This document shows, piece after piece, positions 9,911-20,221 of a DNA stretch of 64,000 nt. A program made the position numbers and the translations under genes. This DNA comes from an uncultured Actinomycetota bacterium (GTDB taxonomy: Bacteria > Actinomycetota > Actinomycetes > CAVWCF01): assembly GCA_963753435.1 (NCBI GenBank), contig CAVWCF010000001.1, forward strand, positions 640,001 to 704,000, written 5' to 3'. Position 1 is the first letter of the stretch; each line of letters opens with the position of its first letter. Under the pieces are notes generated by a model. That model was not told where the DNA came from. It searched no databases and saw only the letters and a program-made list of their open reading frames with translations.

Positions 9911-12096
9911 GATTTGTCCAAGAACTCGGCGCGCTCACCGAGCAGTCTCTCGACCGCCGCGGCCACCTCCGGGTGCCATGTGAGTTCCGGGTCAGCGGCG
10001 ACCAGATCGGTCGCTTCCGCCCGGGCGCGAGCGATGAGTTCCCCATCGCGCAGCACCGAGACGAGCCGCAACGAGGACCTGCGCCCCGATTGCGCCTGCC
10101 CCAGCACATCGCCTTCGCGGCGTTCCGCCAGGTCCACGGCCGCCAGCTCAAACCCATCCAGGGTCGCGGCCACTGCGTCCAGGCGCCGTCGCGCGGCCTC
10201 GCCGGGCCGGCGAGTGAGCAGCAGACACAGCCCGGCATGGCCACCGCGGCCAACCCGGCCGCGCAACTGGTGCAACTGGCTGACGCCGAACCGATCCGCA
10301 TCCAGGACCACCATCACCGTTGCGTTCGGAACGTCGACACCGACCTCGATGACCGTGGTGGCCACTAGCACGTCCAGGGCACCGGCGACGAAGTCACGCA
10401 TTACCGAGTCCTTCTCGTCAGCGCTGAGACGCCCGTGCAACAGGCCCAGCCGCAAACCGGCCAACGGTCCTGCACGCAATTGCTCGTACGCGGCGAGGAC
10501 GGACGCAGCCGGCACGGCGGCATCGGCCCCGTCAGCGTCCGCAGGACTATCGGCGGCGCCCGCACCTTCCAGGTAGACGTCCTCAGGTTCGTCCGCACCG
10601 ATGCGTGGGGCAACGACGAACGCCTGCCGACCGGCGCGCACCTCCTCAACTACCCGCTGCCAAACCCGTTCCGCGTGACGTGGTTGCTCCGCCTCGTCCA
10701 CAACATGGGTGGCGATGGGCGATCGGCCCGCCGGCAACTCTGCGAGCGTGGACACATCCAGGTCACCGAAGACCGTCATCGCCACCGTGCGCGGGATGGG
10801 GGTCGCGGTCATGACCAGAACATGCGGCGGGCTGGCCGCTTTGGCACGCAGGGCCTCTCGTTGTTCGACTCCGAAGCGGTGCTGCTCGTCGATCACCACC
10901 AAGCCCAAGTCGGCGAACTCCACCTGCTCGGTGAACAGCGCGTGGGTGCCGACCACGATCCCCGCTCGCCCGTCGCGAATGTCGGCGTATGTGTCCCGAC
11001 GGGCGGAACCCGTCAGGGAACCGGTGAGGAGTCCCACCGAGGTCGCCCCCTCGGCCGCACCCAACGTGCCCGCCTGACCCAGCGGACCCAAAAGGTCGCG
11101 CAAACCGCGCGCGTGCTGGGCAGCGAGGACCTCGGTCGGAGCCAGGAGCGCGGCCTGCCCGCCTGAGTCCACTACGGCCAGCATCGCGCGCAGGGCCACG
11201 ACCGTCTTTCCGGACCCCACCTCCCCCTGCAGCAGGCGGTGCATCGGGTGCGGTCGGGACAGGTCCTGCTCGATCTCGGCGCTGACCGCCCGCTGGCCGG
11301 TGGTCAGTTCGAACGGCAACGACTCGTCGAAGGCGGCCAGCAAGCCGTCGTCGCGGTAGGGCCGAGCGACGGCCGCGGTGGCCGCGGTGGCAGCGCGACG
11401 CTGCGCGATCACCACCTGAGCCGCGAATGCCTCGTCGAAGGCGAGTCGTTCCCGGCCCCGCTCCGGATCCCCCGGTTCTTCGGGTTGATGCACCATGCGG
11501 ATGGCGTCGGCCCAACCGGGCAGGCCCTGGCGGGAACGCACCTCGGCCGGCAACGGGTCATTCAGATCGGGAAGGACCGCCAACGCCATCCGCACGCACT
11601 TGGCAACTCGCCAACTGGGTAGTCGGGAGCTGGCCGGATACAGCGGCACCAAAGCCCTGCTGAAGGCCTCGGCGTCGGTGTCGTCCTCGGCGTCCAGCAT
11701 CAGATAGTCCGGATGGGTCAGTTGCCGCTTGCCCTGGTAGCGGGTGACCTTGCCGGAGAACAGTCCCCGGGCCCCGACGCGCAGGTCCTTCTCCCGCCAG
11801 TTCTGGTTGAAGAAGGACAGGGACAAGGAGCCGCTACCGTCGGTGACGACCACCTCCAGCAGACTCCCCCGCCGCCGCTGCATCCGACGCGAATGCACCT
11901 TCGCCACCTCGGCCATCACCGTCACCTGCTCGTCGATCGGCAACTCACCGAGGTTGGACAACTCCCCGCGCCGCGCATAGCGGCGGGGAAGATGCAGCAG
12001 CAGATCCCCGACGGTCTCGATGCCCAATGCGTCGGCCAGCACGACCCCGGTGCGGTCCCCAACCACCGACGAGGCGCGCGCGTCGAACTGCGTCAC
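9907..12096 (-). CDS. recG: ATP-dependent DNA helicase RecG
   Basis: QGEVGSGKT, DEQHRFG, MTATPIPR and QLHQLRGRVGRG motifs. Confidence 0.97.
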   Translation of the reverse strand: MTQFDARASSVVGDRTGVVLADALGIETVGDLLLHLPRRYARRGELSNLGELPIDEQVTVMAEVAKVHSRRMQRRRGSLLEVVVTDGSGSLSLSFFNQNWREKDLRVGARGLFSGKVTRYQGKRQLTHPDYLMLDAEDDTDAEAFSRALVPLYPASSRLPSWRVAKCVRMALAVLPDLNDPLPAEVRSRQGLPGWADAIRMVHQPEEPGDPERGRERLAFDEAFAAQVVIAQRRAATAATAAVARPYRDDGLLAAFDESLPFELTTGQRAVSAEIEQDLSRPHPMHRLLQGEVGSGKTVVALRAMLAVVDSGGQAALLAPTEVLAAQHARGLRDLLGPLGQAGTLGAAEGATSVGLLTGSLTGSARRDTYADIRDGRAGIVVGTHALFTEQVEFADLGLVVIDEQHRFGVEQREALRAKAASPPHVLVMTATPIPRTVAMTVFGDLDVSTLAELPAGRSPIATHVVDEAEQPRHAERVWQRVVEEVRAGRQAFVVAPRIGADEPEDVYLEGAGAADSPADADGADAAVPAASVLAAYEQLRAGPLAGLRLGLLHGRLSADEKDSVMRDFVAGALDVLVATTVIEVGVDVPNATVMVVLDADRFGVSQLHQLRGRVGRGGHAGLCLLLTRRPGEAARRRLDAVAATLDGFELAAVDLAERREGDVLGQAQSGRRSSLRLVSVLRDGELIARARAEATDLVAADPELTWHPEVAAAVERLLGERAEFLDKS

Positions 12097-13652
12097 TCCA
12101 CTCCTACCAGCACCGGGTAGTGCGGCTGCCCCCCGACCAGCACCTCGACGTCGACCTCCGGGTGGGTCTGGCGAACATGCCGGTTCAGCACGTCGACCAA
12201 CTGCTCTGGCGCGTCGGCGCCCAGCATCAGCGTGACCAACTCCCCGCCGTTGACCAGAAGTCGGTCCAGGACCTCAACAGCCACTTCTTCGACGTTGCCG
12301 CCGATGACGGCTATGTCCCGGTTGACCAAGCCCAACACGTCGCCGGGGCGGCAGACCCCGGCGCTCGTCAACGCCTCGCGCACCGCGGTGGTCACGGCAC
12401 CGGTGCGGGTCGCTTGGGCGGCGGCAGCCATCTGCACCACCGCCACGTCGAAAGGAGCCTGCCGGTCGTGCACGGCAAGGGCGGACACCACTTGCAGCGG
12501 GGACAACGTGGGCAGTACCGCGACCCGGATACCGGCGGCTCGCGCCTCGGCCGCGGCCGCCTCCGCCACCGGGACGGAGTCCGGATCGTCCGGCAACAAC
12601 ATGACTTCCTCGGATCCGGACTCAGTAATCGCGGTCAGTAGGTCCCGGGTTGCCGGTCGGCGCCCCTCCTCGTGGGACACGACCTGAGCCCCGCATTCAG
12701 TGAGCAGAACGGCCAACTCTGAGCCGGCCGCGATCGCCACCGCTGATCGCGGATGCGGCTGCGACGGGGTGCGCTGACTCTCGAAATGGGTGATTCGGAT
12801 GCGATGCGGCCGCCCGGCGCGCACACCCACCTCGACCGCAGCGCCAGGCTCGTCGGTGTGCACGTGCACGTTCCACAACCCGTCCCCACCGACCACGAGG
12901 AGCGAATCGCCCAACGCGTCCAACTCAGCGCGCAAGGTCGGCATGTCCTCGTCCTTGGCGTCCAGCAGGTACATCACCTCAAACGCCGGCCCCTGCAACG
13001 GCAGATCGGCGACCACGGCCTCGGGCCGCCGCACCGACACCGGCCGACTGACCGTCTCCCCGGTGACCACGGCGAGCAGGGCATCAAGCACTTCGGTGAC
13101 CCCACGGCCACCGGCGTCGACGACCCCGGCGCGGGCCAGCACCTCGAGTTGTTCGGGGGTACGTTCCAGCGCCTCCCGGGCGGCCCGACTGGCGGCACGC
13201 ACCACGTCCGACATCGACCCTTCCACCGACTCGACGGCGTCAGCGGCCGCGCGCATCACCGTGAGCATCGTGCCCTCAACCGGATGCGCTACCGCCTCGT
13301 ACCCGGCCTGAGCTGCCCGTCGCAACACCCGACGCAACTGGTCCACGGTGACCGGCGGAGCCATCTCCTCGGCTGCACCGTGCAGCATCTGACTCAGAAT
13401 CACGCCGCTGTTGCCCCGGGCACCCAGCAGTGCCCCGCGCGCCAGCATGCGCGCCGTCTCGGGCAACTCCTCGCTCACCGACGCTGCCGCCTCTTGGGCG
13501 GATTCCCAAGTCAAGAACAGGTTGGTCCCGGTGTCTCCGTCCGGTACCGGGTAGACATTGAGCGCATCGATTTCGGCCCGGCACTGCGCCAGGGCGTCCA
13601 AGGCGGCGTCGGCCCAGCGCCGCACCAGCCGCGCGTCCAGCACCTCCGACAC
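12093..13652 (-). CDS. DAK2 domain protein (fatty-acid kinase FakA-like)
   Basis: [28 protein letters not shown] and HVHT motifs; GTG 13652 after GGGAGGT SD. Confidence 0.92.
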   Translation of the reverse strand: MSEVLDARLVRRWADAALDALAQCRAEIDALNVYPVPDGDTGTNLFLTWESAQEAAASVSEELPETARMLARGALLGARGNSGVILSQMLHGAAEEMAPPVTVDQLRRVLRRAAQAGYEAVAHPVEGTMLTVMRAAADAVESVEGSMSDVVRAASRAAREALERTPEQLEVLARAGVVDAGGRGVTEVLDALLAVVTGETVSRPVSVRRPEAVVADLPLQGPAFEVMYLLDAKDEDMPTLRAELDALGDSLLVVGGDGLWNVHVHTDEPGAAVEVGVRAGRPHRIRITHFESQRTPSQPHPRSAVAIAAGSELAVLLTECGAQVVSHEEGRRPATRDLLTAITESGSEEVMLLPDDPDSVPVAEAAAAEARAAGIRVAVLPTLSPLQVVSALAVHDRQAPFDVAVVQMAAAAQATRTGAVTTAVREALTSAGVCRPGDVLGLVNRDIAVIGGNVEEVAVEVLDRLLVNGGELVTLMLGADAPEQLVDVLNRHVRQTHPEVDVEVLVGGQPHYPVLVGVE

Positions 13653-13792
13653 CGCACACCTCCCGTGAGCCGAGCCTAGGCGGCCGGAGCGGCAACGAGC
13701 GCGAGGTTTGGGCTCGTGCGCGAGTGTCGGGTACTCTCGGGCTCCGCCCGGCGTACCGGGCCCATCCTGTCCCACCTCAAGGAGTACCGACC

Positions 13793-13978
13793 ATGGCTGC
13801 CAACTGCGACGTCTGCGGCAAGGGCCCCGGTTTCGGGAACTCCATTTCGCACTCCCACCGCCGCACTTCCCGGCGCTGGAACCCCAACATCCAGCGGGTG
13901 CGGGCCACGGTAAATGGCAGCCCGCGCCGCCTGAACGTCTGCACCTCCTGCCTGAAGGCCGGCAAGGTCACTCGCTGA
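13793..13978 (+). CDS. rpmB: 50S ribosomal protein L28 (Zn-binding form)
   Basis: [34 protein letters not shown]...[10 protein letters not shown]; AAGGAG SD. Confidence 0.97.
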   Translation: MAANCDVCGKGPGFGNSISHSHRRTSRRWNPNIQRVRATVNGSPRRLNVCTSCLKAGKVTR

Positions 13979-13983
13979 TTCAC

Positions 13984-14004
13984 CGCCGACGCGCGTCGTC
14001 GGCG
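13984..14004. terminator. Hairpin between convergent rpmB and thiL
   Basis: CGCCGACG-n5-CGTCGGCG perfect 8-bp stem; no clear U-tract. Confidence 0.45.
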
Positions 14005-14015
14005 AACTCCTGCCG

Positions 14016-14984
14016 CTAGCCGGCGAAGTGGTCGTACCCGACTGCCCCCAAGTCGGACCGCCCTAGAACTGTGACGCCGGCACCCGCGGCCACCTGACCA
14101 ACGACCAGCCAGCCTTCGGGTACCGATCCGGGCGGGAAGGTCGCGGCGAGCGCGTGGTCTTCACCGCCGGTGAGCAGGAAGTCCATCGGGTCAACACCAA
14201 GCGCCGCGGCCGCGTCAGCCAGCGCGGCATCAACCTCCAAGACCTGCGGGTCCACGACGATGGCGACTCCGCTCGCGGCGGCCACGTGCCCCAGGTCCGC
14301 CAACAGGCCGTCGCTGACGTCACACATTGCCGTGGCGCCCGACATCGCTGCGGTGACGCCGGCGGCGTACGGCGGCTGCGGCCGCCGGTGCGCGTCCACC
14401 AGCGTGCGCGGGGACCGAAATCCTCGGCGCAGCAGCGCGAGCCCCGCGGCGGCCCGGCCCAATTGCCCGCAGACCGCCACCTGGTCCCCTACCGACGCCC
14501 CTGCGCGGGTGACCGGCTCGCGGCCGTCGAGTTCGCCGATCGCGGCAACCGACACCGTGACTACCGGAGACCGGGCCATGTCGCCGCCGACCACGACGGC
14601 GCCGACGCCGGCCGCCTCATCACGAAGTCCGTCGGCAAGCGACAACACCCATTCGACGGGCAGCTCCGGCGGCATCCCGAGCCCAACTACCAGACCGGAG
14701 CCGCGCGCCCCCATCGCAGCTACGTCGGCGAGGTTGGCCGCGGCCGCCTTGCGGCCGACGTCGTAGGCCTGCGACCAGTCCCGGCGGAAGTGGACGCCCT
14801 CAACCAACATGTCCGTGGTGACCACGCACCGGCCATCGGGCATGGCGACAACGGCCGCATCGTCCCCCGGCGCCACCAGCACGTGCGCGGCATCCACGCC
14901 GCGCAGCCGTTCGGCCACCTGCTCGATGAGGCCGAACTCCCCAATGTCGGCGACTGCGGCCTCAGGTCCCTTAGCCGATCCGAT
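14016..14984 (-). CDS. thiL: Thiamine-monophosphate kinase (probable non-canonical ATC start)
   Basis: GDDAAV, DMLVEGVHF, NLADVAAMG, DVSDGL and GGEDH motifs. The conserved ADIGEFGLI lies upstream of the first canonical start (GTG 14918). Confidence 0.93.
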   Translation of the reverse strand: MGSAKGPEAAVADIGEFGLIEQVAERLRGVDAAHVLVAPGDDAAVVAMPDGRCVVTTDMLVEGVHFRRDWSQAYDVGRKAAAANLADVAAMGARGSGLVVGLGMPPELPVEWVLSLADGLRDEAAGVGAVVVGGDMARSPVVTVSVAAIGELDGREPVTRAGASVGDQVAVCGQLGRAAAGLALLRRGFRSPRTLVDAHRRPQPPYAAGVTAAMSGATAMCDVSDGLLADLGHVAAASGVAIVVDPQVLEVDAALADAAAALGVDPMDFLLTGGEDHALAATFPPGSVPEGWLVVGQVAAGAGVTVLGRSDLGAVGYDHFAG

Positions 14985-15080
14985 TGCGTCCTCCCCTGCT
15001 CGTCGCCGCCGCTGTGGCGCTAGCCTCTACCTCGCTGGTGTTGCTCACCTGAGCGCACCGTACGGCCCGAAGGGACGATC

Positions 15081-15314
15081 GTGGTTCAGGCCTACATCCT
15101 CATCCAGACAGAGGTGGGAAAGGCGGCCAACGTCGCTTCGGCCATCGCCGAGATCCAGGGCGTGATCATGGCCGAGGACGTGACCGGTCCATACGACGTC
15201 ATCGTGCGCGCCGAAGCGGACGATGTCGACGACTTGGGCCGACTGGTTGTCGCCCGCGTACAGATGGTCGACGGCATCACCAGGACGCTGACCTGCCCGG
15301 TCGTCCGCATCTGA
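15081..15314 (+). CDS. Lrp/AsnC ligand-binding domain protein
   Basis: VQAYILIQTEVGKA...VTGPYDVI...TLTCPVV; typical neighbour of thiL. Confidence 0.92.
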   Translation: MVQAYILIQTEVGKAANVASAIAEIQGVIMAEDVTGPYDVIVRAEADDVDDLGRLVVARVQMVDGITRTLTCPVVRI

Positions 15315-15346
15315 AGCAGCCAGCAGGTGCGCGTAGCAGCCTGACG

Positions 15347-15799
15347 GTGACTCGCCTGTTCGCCGCGGCCCTGGCCGCGGCCGGCGTGCTCGCCGGCTGC
15401 AGCACGGCCCTCGAGGTCGCGCCGCCGAGTGCGGATCCGGAAGCCGGCGCAGCCTGCCAAGACCTAGCCGCCGCACTTCCCGAGGCGGTCGCGTTCCAGG
15501 ACTCCAGGCCGACTGAGCCGGACTCCGAGCTGACTAGCGCATGGGGCGATCCCGCAATCGTCTTGCGGTGCGGCGTGGGTGTCCCGGACGCCTTGACCGC
15601 GACGTCGCAACTGATCACGGTTGATGGGGTTGATTGGTTCCCGCAGGAGTTGACGGCCGGGTATCGGTTCACGACTACCGGCCGTGCGGCCAACGTCGAA
15701 GTATCGGTACCCGACGACTACGCGCCGGAGGCCGAGGTATTGGTTGACCTGGCGGAAGCGGTCGGCGACACCGTGCCGCTGATCAGCGCAGCACCGTGA
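15347..15799 (+). CDS. DUF3515 family lipoprotein
   Basis: LAGC lipobox, AWGDPAIVLRCGV and VDGVDW motifs. Confidence 0.85.
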   Translation: MTRLFAAALAAAGVLAGCSTALEVAPPSADPEAGAACQDLAAALPEAVAFQDSRPTEPDSELTSAWGDPAIVLRCGVGVPDALTATSQLITVDGVDWFPQELTAGYRFTTTGRAANVEVSVPDDYAPEAEVLVDLAEAVGDTVPLISAAP

Positions 15800-16835
15800 G
15801 GGGACGCTCAAGGGCCGCGCCAATCAGCCGCTTTACGAGCGTTTCGTAGTCGACTCCGCTGTGCTGCCACAGCAACGGGAACATGGATGCCGGCGTGAAC
15901 CCCGGCATCGTGTTGACCTCGTTCACCACGATCTCGTCGCCGTCCACGAAGAAGTCGACGCGGGCCAAACCCTCACAACCCAGAGCCTCGAACGCAGTCA
16001 GAGCCAGTCGGCGAACGCGGTCGGCGACGGCTGGCGGCAGTTCCGCCGGCACCACCAAGCGTGCCGCCTCAGACAGATACTTGGACTCGAAGTCGTAGAA
16101 GGACTCCCCGCCGACCTCGATCTCGCCGGGGACCGACGCCTGCGGCTTCGGATCGGCAAGCACCCCGCATTCGATCTCGCGTCCGGGCACGGCTGCTTCG
16201 ACGATCACCCGACTGTCGAACCCCAACGCCGTCTCGATGGCGGCACCGATCTCGGAATCGGCGGTGACCCTGGTGATCCCGAGGCTGGATCCCCCGCGCG
16301 AAGGCTTGACGAACAAGGTGGCACCGAGCTTGGACAGCCGCTCCAGGACCGCGCCTGGGTCGGCGTGCCACTGAGTCGCCGTCAGGGGCTCCCAGGGGCC
16401 GACCGGAAGCCCGGCGGCGGCCAGCAGGGTCTTCATGACGATCTTGTCCATCGCCGCCGCGCTTGCCAGCACACCAGACCCCACGTACCGGTGCGCAGTC
16501 ACCTCCAGTAGACCTTGGATCGTGCCGTCCTCGCCGTAGGGGCCGTGCAGGAGTGGGAAGACAACATCCACGTCGGCCAGCGCCGCGACCGGCCCGGCAC
16601 TCGCGTCGGCGGCGTCCCGATCGGCAACCTCCGGCAAGGCGCTGCGGCTGAGCTCCACTAAGGGATCGGCGATGCGGACCCAGTCACCGGACCGGGAGAT
16701 GCCGATTGCCACGATGTCGAAGTCGGCCGGGCCCATCGCTTCGATCACGCACCTGGCGCTGATGCAGGAGATGGAGTGTTCGCTGCTGCGGCCCCCAAAG
16801 AGCACCGCAACGCGGGTACGAGCGACCGTGGACAT
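15783..16835 (-). CDS. ddl: D-alanine--D-alanine ligase
   Basis: FGGRSSEH, LHGPYGEDG, FYDFESKY and NEVNTMPG motifs. Confidence 0.96.
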   Translation of the reverse strand: MSTVARTRVAVLFGGRSSEHSISCISARCVIEAMGPADFDIVAIGISRSGDWVRIADPLVELSRSALPEVADRDAADASAGPVAALADVDVVFPLLHGPYGEDGTIQGLLEVTAHRYVGSGVLASAAAMDKIVMKTLLAAAGLPVGPWEPLTATQWHADPGAVLERLSKLGATLFVKPSRGGSSLGITRVTADSEIGAAIETALGFDSRVIVEAAVPGREIECGVLADPKPQASVPGEIEVGGESFYDFESKYLSEAARLVVPAELPPAVADRVRRLALTAFEALGCEGLARVDFFVDGDEIVVNEVNTMPGFTPASMFPLLWQHSGVDYETLVKRLIGAALERPLTVLR

Positions 16836-16865
16836 CGCCCAGACCCTACTGGCCACGTGTTACGT

Positions 16866-17867
16866 CTAGACGGCTTCGGGCTTGGCCTGCCGAGCCATCA
16901 GATCGGCCAGCGCCTGCCTCGGGTTGACTCCCTCATGAACTACCCGGACCACCTCAGCCGTGATCGGCATCTCCACCTGATGGGCTGCGGCCAGTTCGTG
17001 GATCGGCTGGCAGGACTTCACACCTTCGGATGTCTGCTTGGTGATGGCCTCCACCTCGGCCACCGACAGCCCGCGTCCGAGGTTCTCGCCGAAAGTGCGG
17101 TTGCGGGAAAGCGATGACGAGCACGTGGCGATCAGGTCACCAACCCCGGCCAGGCCCATGAACGTGGCCAGGTCAGCGCCCAGGGCCAGCCCCAACCGGG
17201 TCATCTCGGCCAGGCCGCGGGTGATCAGCGATGCCTGCGTGTTGTCTCCGAAACCCATGCCGGCGGCCATCCCCGTTGCCAGCGCCACAACGTTCTTGAT
17301 CGAGCCGGCCAATTCGGTACCGACCAAGTCGGTGTTGGTGTACGGGCGGAAGTAGGACGTGAAGCACGAGCGCTGAATGGCATCCGCCGTCGATTGGCTG
17401 GCGCTGGCGATGACGGTCGCTGCCGGCTGTCGTTGGGCGATCTCGCGGGCGAGGTTGGGGCCAGACAAGGCCGCCAACCGATCCGGCTCGATCTCGGCCA
17501 CCTCGGCGATGACCTCGGTCATCCGGAGCATGGTCCCCCACTCGATGCCTTTCATCAGGCTGAGCACGGGGGCGTCGGTCGGGATGTACTGCCCCCAGGC
17601 GCTCAGGTTGCTGCGCAGCGCCTGGGCCGGCACCGCGACCACCACCAGTTCCGCATCAGCAAGTGCTTGGGTGGCGTCGGTGCTCGCCCGGATCGATGCG
17701 GGCAACTCGATCCCCGGGTGGTAGTCGGGGTTGCCCCGGCCGGTGTTTATGGACTCGACCACCTGCTCATTGATGCCCCATACCGTCACGGTCGCGCCGG
17801 CGTCGGCCAGAACCATCGCGAAGGCCGTTCCCCACGAGCCACTACCCATAACGGTGCACTTGGTCAT
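16866..17867 (-). CDS. gpsA: NAD(P)H-dependent glycerol-3-phosphate dehydrogenase
   Basis: GSGSWGT, SGPNLA, KNVVA, GDN and SRN motifs; GAGGAG SD. Confidence 0.96.
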   Translation of the reverse strand: MTKCTVMGSGSWGTAFAMVLADAGATVTVWGINEQVVESINTGRGNPDYHPGIELPASIRASTDATQALADAELVVVAVPAQALRSNLSAWGQYIPTDAPVLSLMKGIEWGTMLRMTEVIAEVAEIEPDRLAALSGPNLAREIAQRQPAATVIASASQSTADAIQRSCFTSYFRPYTNTDLVGTELAGSIKNVVALATGMAAGMGFGDNTQASLITRGLAEMTRLGLALGADLATFMGLAGVGDLIATCSSSLSRNRTFGENLGRGLSVAEVEAITKQTSEGVKSCQPIHELAAAHQVEMPITAEVVRVVHEGVNPRQALADLMARQAKPEAV

Positions 17868-17877
17868 CGCGAACTCC

Positions 17878-18651
17878 TCATCGGGTCTTCCTTCGCCGTT
17901 GGCGTTTACGCGGGTCCCCATACTCCGCGAGGCCAGCGGCGCGCGGATCGAATCGTTGCGCTGGGGCCGGCTCACCGCGAATCCCCGCCAGCAGGTCGGT
18001 GATGGCGGACATGATCCGATTTGTGGCCTCGCGCACTGCCTCTGGCTCACCTGCAGCGGAGTGCAGGTCCGCTAGGGCAACGGCCGGACCCGCCGCCAAC
18101 TGGACCGGGGTTCGCGGCACCAGTCGCAACCTCTTGGAGTAGGGCGGGAGCAGATTCTGCGGCCCCCACTGCGCGACTGGGATGACCGGGGCCCCGGTCG
18201 CCAGGGCTATCCGCGCGGCACCAGTCTTTCCCCGCATCGGCCACTCATCCGGATCTCGGGTCAGCGTGCCCTCCGGATAGACGACCAGACACTCGCCGGC
18301 TCGCACGGCCGCCAAGGCACTGCGCAGCGCGTCCCCGGCGTCGGCAGCCCCGCGGTGGACCGGGATCTGGCCCGCCCCAGAGAGAACCTGGCCGACCACC
18401 GGAGCCTCGAACAGACTGTCCTTGGCCAGGTAGCGCACGGCCCGCCCGGTCTCATTGAGGAAATGCGCCAGTGTGAGGGGGTCGATGTGCGAAACGTGAT
18501 TGGCGGCAATCACCACCCCGCCTCCGGACGGGATGTGCTCCTGCCCGGACCAGGTCCGGATGGTCATCGAGGCGATCAACGGCGTGAGGATCCCGTCTGC
18601 GGTCCGGTACCAGCCGGAGCGGTACCCCGCTTGTGACCGAACCTGCCGCAT
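17878..18651 (-). CDS. Lysophospholipid acyltransferase (PlsC-like)
   Basis: ANHVSHID, YLAKDSLF and YPEGT motifs; start approximate (18651 or 18660). Confidence 0.9.
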   Translation of the reverse strand: MRQVRSQAGYRSGWYRTADGILTPLIASMTIRTWSGQEHIPSGGGVVIAANHVSHIDPLTLAHFLNETGRAVRYLAKDSLFEAPVVGQVLSGAGQIPVHRGAADAGDALRSALAAVRAGECLVVYPEGTLTRDPDEWPMRGKTGAARIALATGAPVIPVAQWGPQNLLPPYSKRLRLVPRTPVQLAAGPAVALADLHSAAGEPEAVREATNRIMSAITDLLAGIRGEPAPAQRFDPRAAGLAEYGDPRKRQRRRKTR

Positions 18652-18712
18652 GAGTTTCATCTTGCCGCAGTCCGGTCGCACGCGCTGTTGACTCCGCTGA
18701 CAGGATCGGAAT

Positions 18713-19330
18713 GTGGATCCGGTTTCGATCGTCGTCCCGGTGAAGCGCTTCCGGCACGCGAAATCCCGCCTGATCGAGCAACCCCACCGGGCCGAGTTCG
18801 CGATGGCCCTGGCCCAGGACACTGTGGCGGCGGCGCTCGCAGCCGAGTCGGTGGTCGTCGTCGTGGTCACTGACGAGCCCGAAGCACGGCGGCGACTGGC
18901 CGAAATGGGCGCAGTCGTGGTGCCGGATGTTCCAGACGCCGGCCTCAACCCCGCCCTCGCCCACGGCGCCGCCCAGGTCGACTCCGGGAGTTGGGTGGGT
19001 GCGCTGTCCAGCGACCTGCCTGCGCTGCGAACCATCGAGTTGACCGAGGCGCTGCAGCGGGCGCAGGCAACTGCCACTCGCGGCTATGTCCCAGACAGGT
19101 CCGGCATCGGCACCACCCTGCTGCTGGCACCGCCAGGAATGGACCTGGCCCCGGACTTCGGGGTCGGTTCAGCCCGCCGGCACGCGCATTCCGGCGCAGT
19201 TGCCGTTGGTGCGGATCTACCGTCACTTCGCACCGACGTCGACACCTGGGCGGACATGGAGGTTGCGGCGGAGTTGGGACTCGGCCCCCATACGCGACAG
19301 GTCCTCAACCAGTGGCGCAGGCGCGGCTAA
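18713..19330 (+). CDS. cofC: 2-phospho-L-lactate/PEP guanylyltransferase (F420 biosynthesis)
   Basis: VVPVK...AKSRL, GLNPAL, DLP, GTT and LRTDVDT motifs. Confidence 0.93.
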   Translation: MDPVSIVVPVKRFRHAKSRLIEQPHRAEFAMALAQDTVAAALAAESVVVVVVTDEPEARRRLAEMGAVVVPDVPDAGLNPALAHGAAQVDSGSWVGALSSDLPALRTIELTEALQRAQATATRGYVPDRSGIGTTLLLAPPGMDLAPDFGVGSARRHAHSGAVAVGADLPSLRTDVDTWADMEVAAELGLGPHTRQVLNQWRRRG

Positions 19331-19339
19331 CCTGCCGGG

Positions 19340-19576
19340 GTGGACGCTGACGCGGAAGTCGGTACGGCCAACCGGACCGAGCAGGGAACAGTTCGCAGTT
19401 TCGACGAGAGGACCCGCGCCGGTTCGGTGTACACCGACGACGGATTCGAGCACTCATTCGCCGCTACGGCGCTGAGCAACCGCATCCGCCACCTGCGCTT
19501 CGGGCAACGGGTCCGGATCGAACTTGCCGACGACCGCGTCGTCCGCCTGCAGATCGTGACGCTGCCCGACGATTGA
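19340..19576 (+). CDS. Small cold-shock/OB-fold-like protein
   Basis: GTVRSFD...GSV..DDG...LRFGQRV pattern; starts 9 nt after cofC. Confidence 0.65.
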   Translation: MDADAEVGTANRTEQGTVRSFDERTRAGSVYTDDGFEHSFAATALSNRIRHLRFGQRVRIELADDRVVRLQIVTLPDD

Positions 19577-19593
19577 GCGCGAATTGAATGCTG

Positions 19594-19626
19594 AGGGGGC
19601 CTGGACGCTATGCGCCCAGGCCCCCT
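19594..19626. terminator. Bidirectional terminator hairpin
   Basis: AGGGGGCCTGG...CCAGGCCCCCT 11-bp stem between convergent genes. Confidence 0.75.
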
Positions 19627-19637
19627 AAACGTGTTCG

Positions 19638-20147
19638 TCAGCGCTTGCGCGCCGGAGCCTTCTTCGCAGTGGACTTCTTGGCTGCACTCTTCTTGGCCGG
19701 AGCCTTCTTGGCCGGGGCCTTCTTCGCAGTGGACTTCTTGGCCGGAGCCTTCTTGGCCGGGGCCTTCTTCGCAGTGGACTTCGTGGCCGGGGCCTTCTTC
19801 GTGCCCGTTGCCTTGCTCGCCGCCTTCTTGGCCGCGCTGGACGCACTGGCGGCCGCCTGCTTCGGCAGCTTCTTGGCACCGCTCACGTAGGCCTTGAGGT
19901 CCGCGCCGGCCTTGAACTTCGGCACCGAGGTGGCCTTGATCTTCATGGGCTTGCCGGTGAACGGGTTGATGCCCTGGCGCGCAGCCCGCTCGGCCTTCTC
20001 GAAGGCACCGAAGCCGGTGATCACGACCTTCTCACCCGAAGCAATGGCCCGCGTGATGATGTCGGTGGTGTGCTCCAGCGCTTCCTGGGCCGCCTTCTTG
20101 CTGCCCAGGCGTTCGGCCAGAGCGTCGATGAGCTCGGACTTGTTCAC
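19638..20147 (-). CDS. hup: HU family DNA-binding protein with histone H1-like PAKK tail
   Basis: MNKSELID, GFGAF and NPFTG motifs; C-terminal [10 protein letters not shown] repeats. Confidence 0.95.
   Translation of the reverse strand: MNKSELIDALAERLGSKKAAQEALEHTTDIITRAIASGEKVVITGFGAFEKAERAARQGINPFTGKPMKIKATSVPKFKAGADLKAYVSGAKKLPKQAAASASSAAKKAASKATGTKKAPATKSTAKKAPAKKAPAKKSTAKKAPAKKAPAKKSAAKKSTAKKAPARKR
19651..19800 (-). repeat. 15-nt-period coding repeats (PAKK tail of HU)
   Basis: GCCTTCTTCGCAGTGGACTTC at 19657, 19717 and 19762, interspersed with GCCTTCTTGGCCGG units. Confidence 0.85.
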
Positions 20148-20192
20148 TAGTTCCCCTTCAGGTGCGGTCGGGCGGTCGCCCGACAGCCGCCC

Positions 20193-20221
20193 ACGCTAGG
20201 CGCTCCCGCACCCTTGAGCAA
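20193..20221 (-). promoter_or_regulatory. Putative hup promoter
   Basis: TTGCTC-17 nt-TAGCGT on the minus strand. Confidence 0.55.

Noticed and set aside
10500-10600. Acidic insertion in RecG
   Set aside because: A low-complexity loop that I recall as common in actinobacterial RecG.
19651-19800. Three ~21-bp direct repeats resembling a mini-CRISPR
   Set aside because: They are in-frame PAKK repeats of HU; the spacers are themselves repetitive and there are no cas genes.
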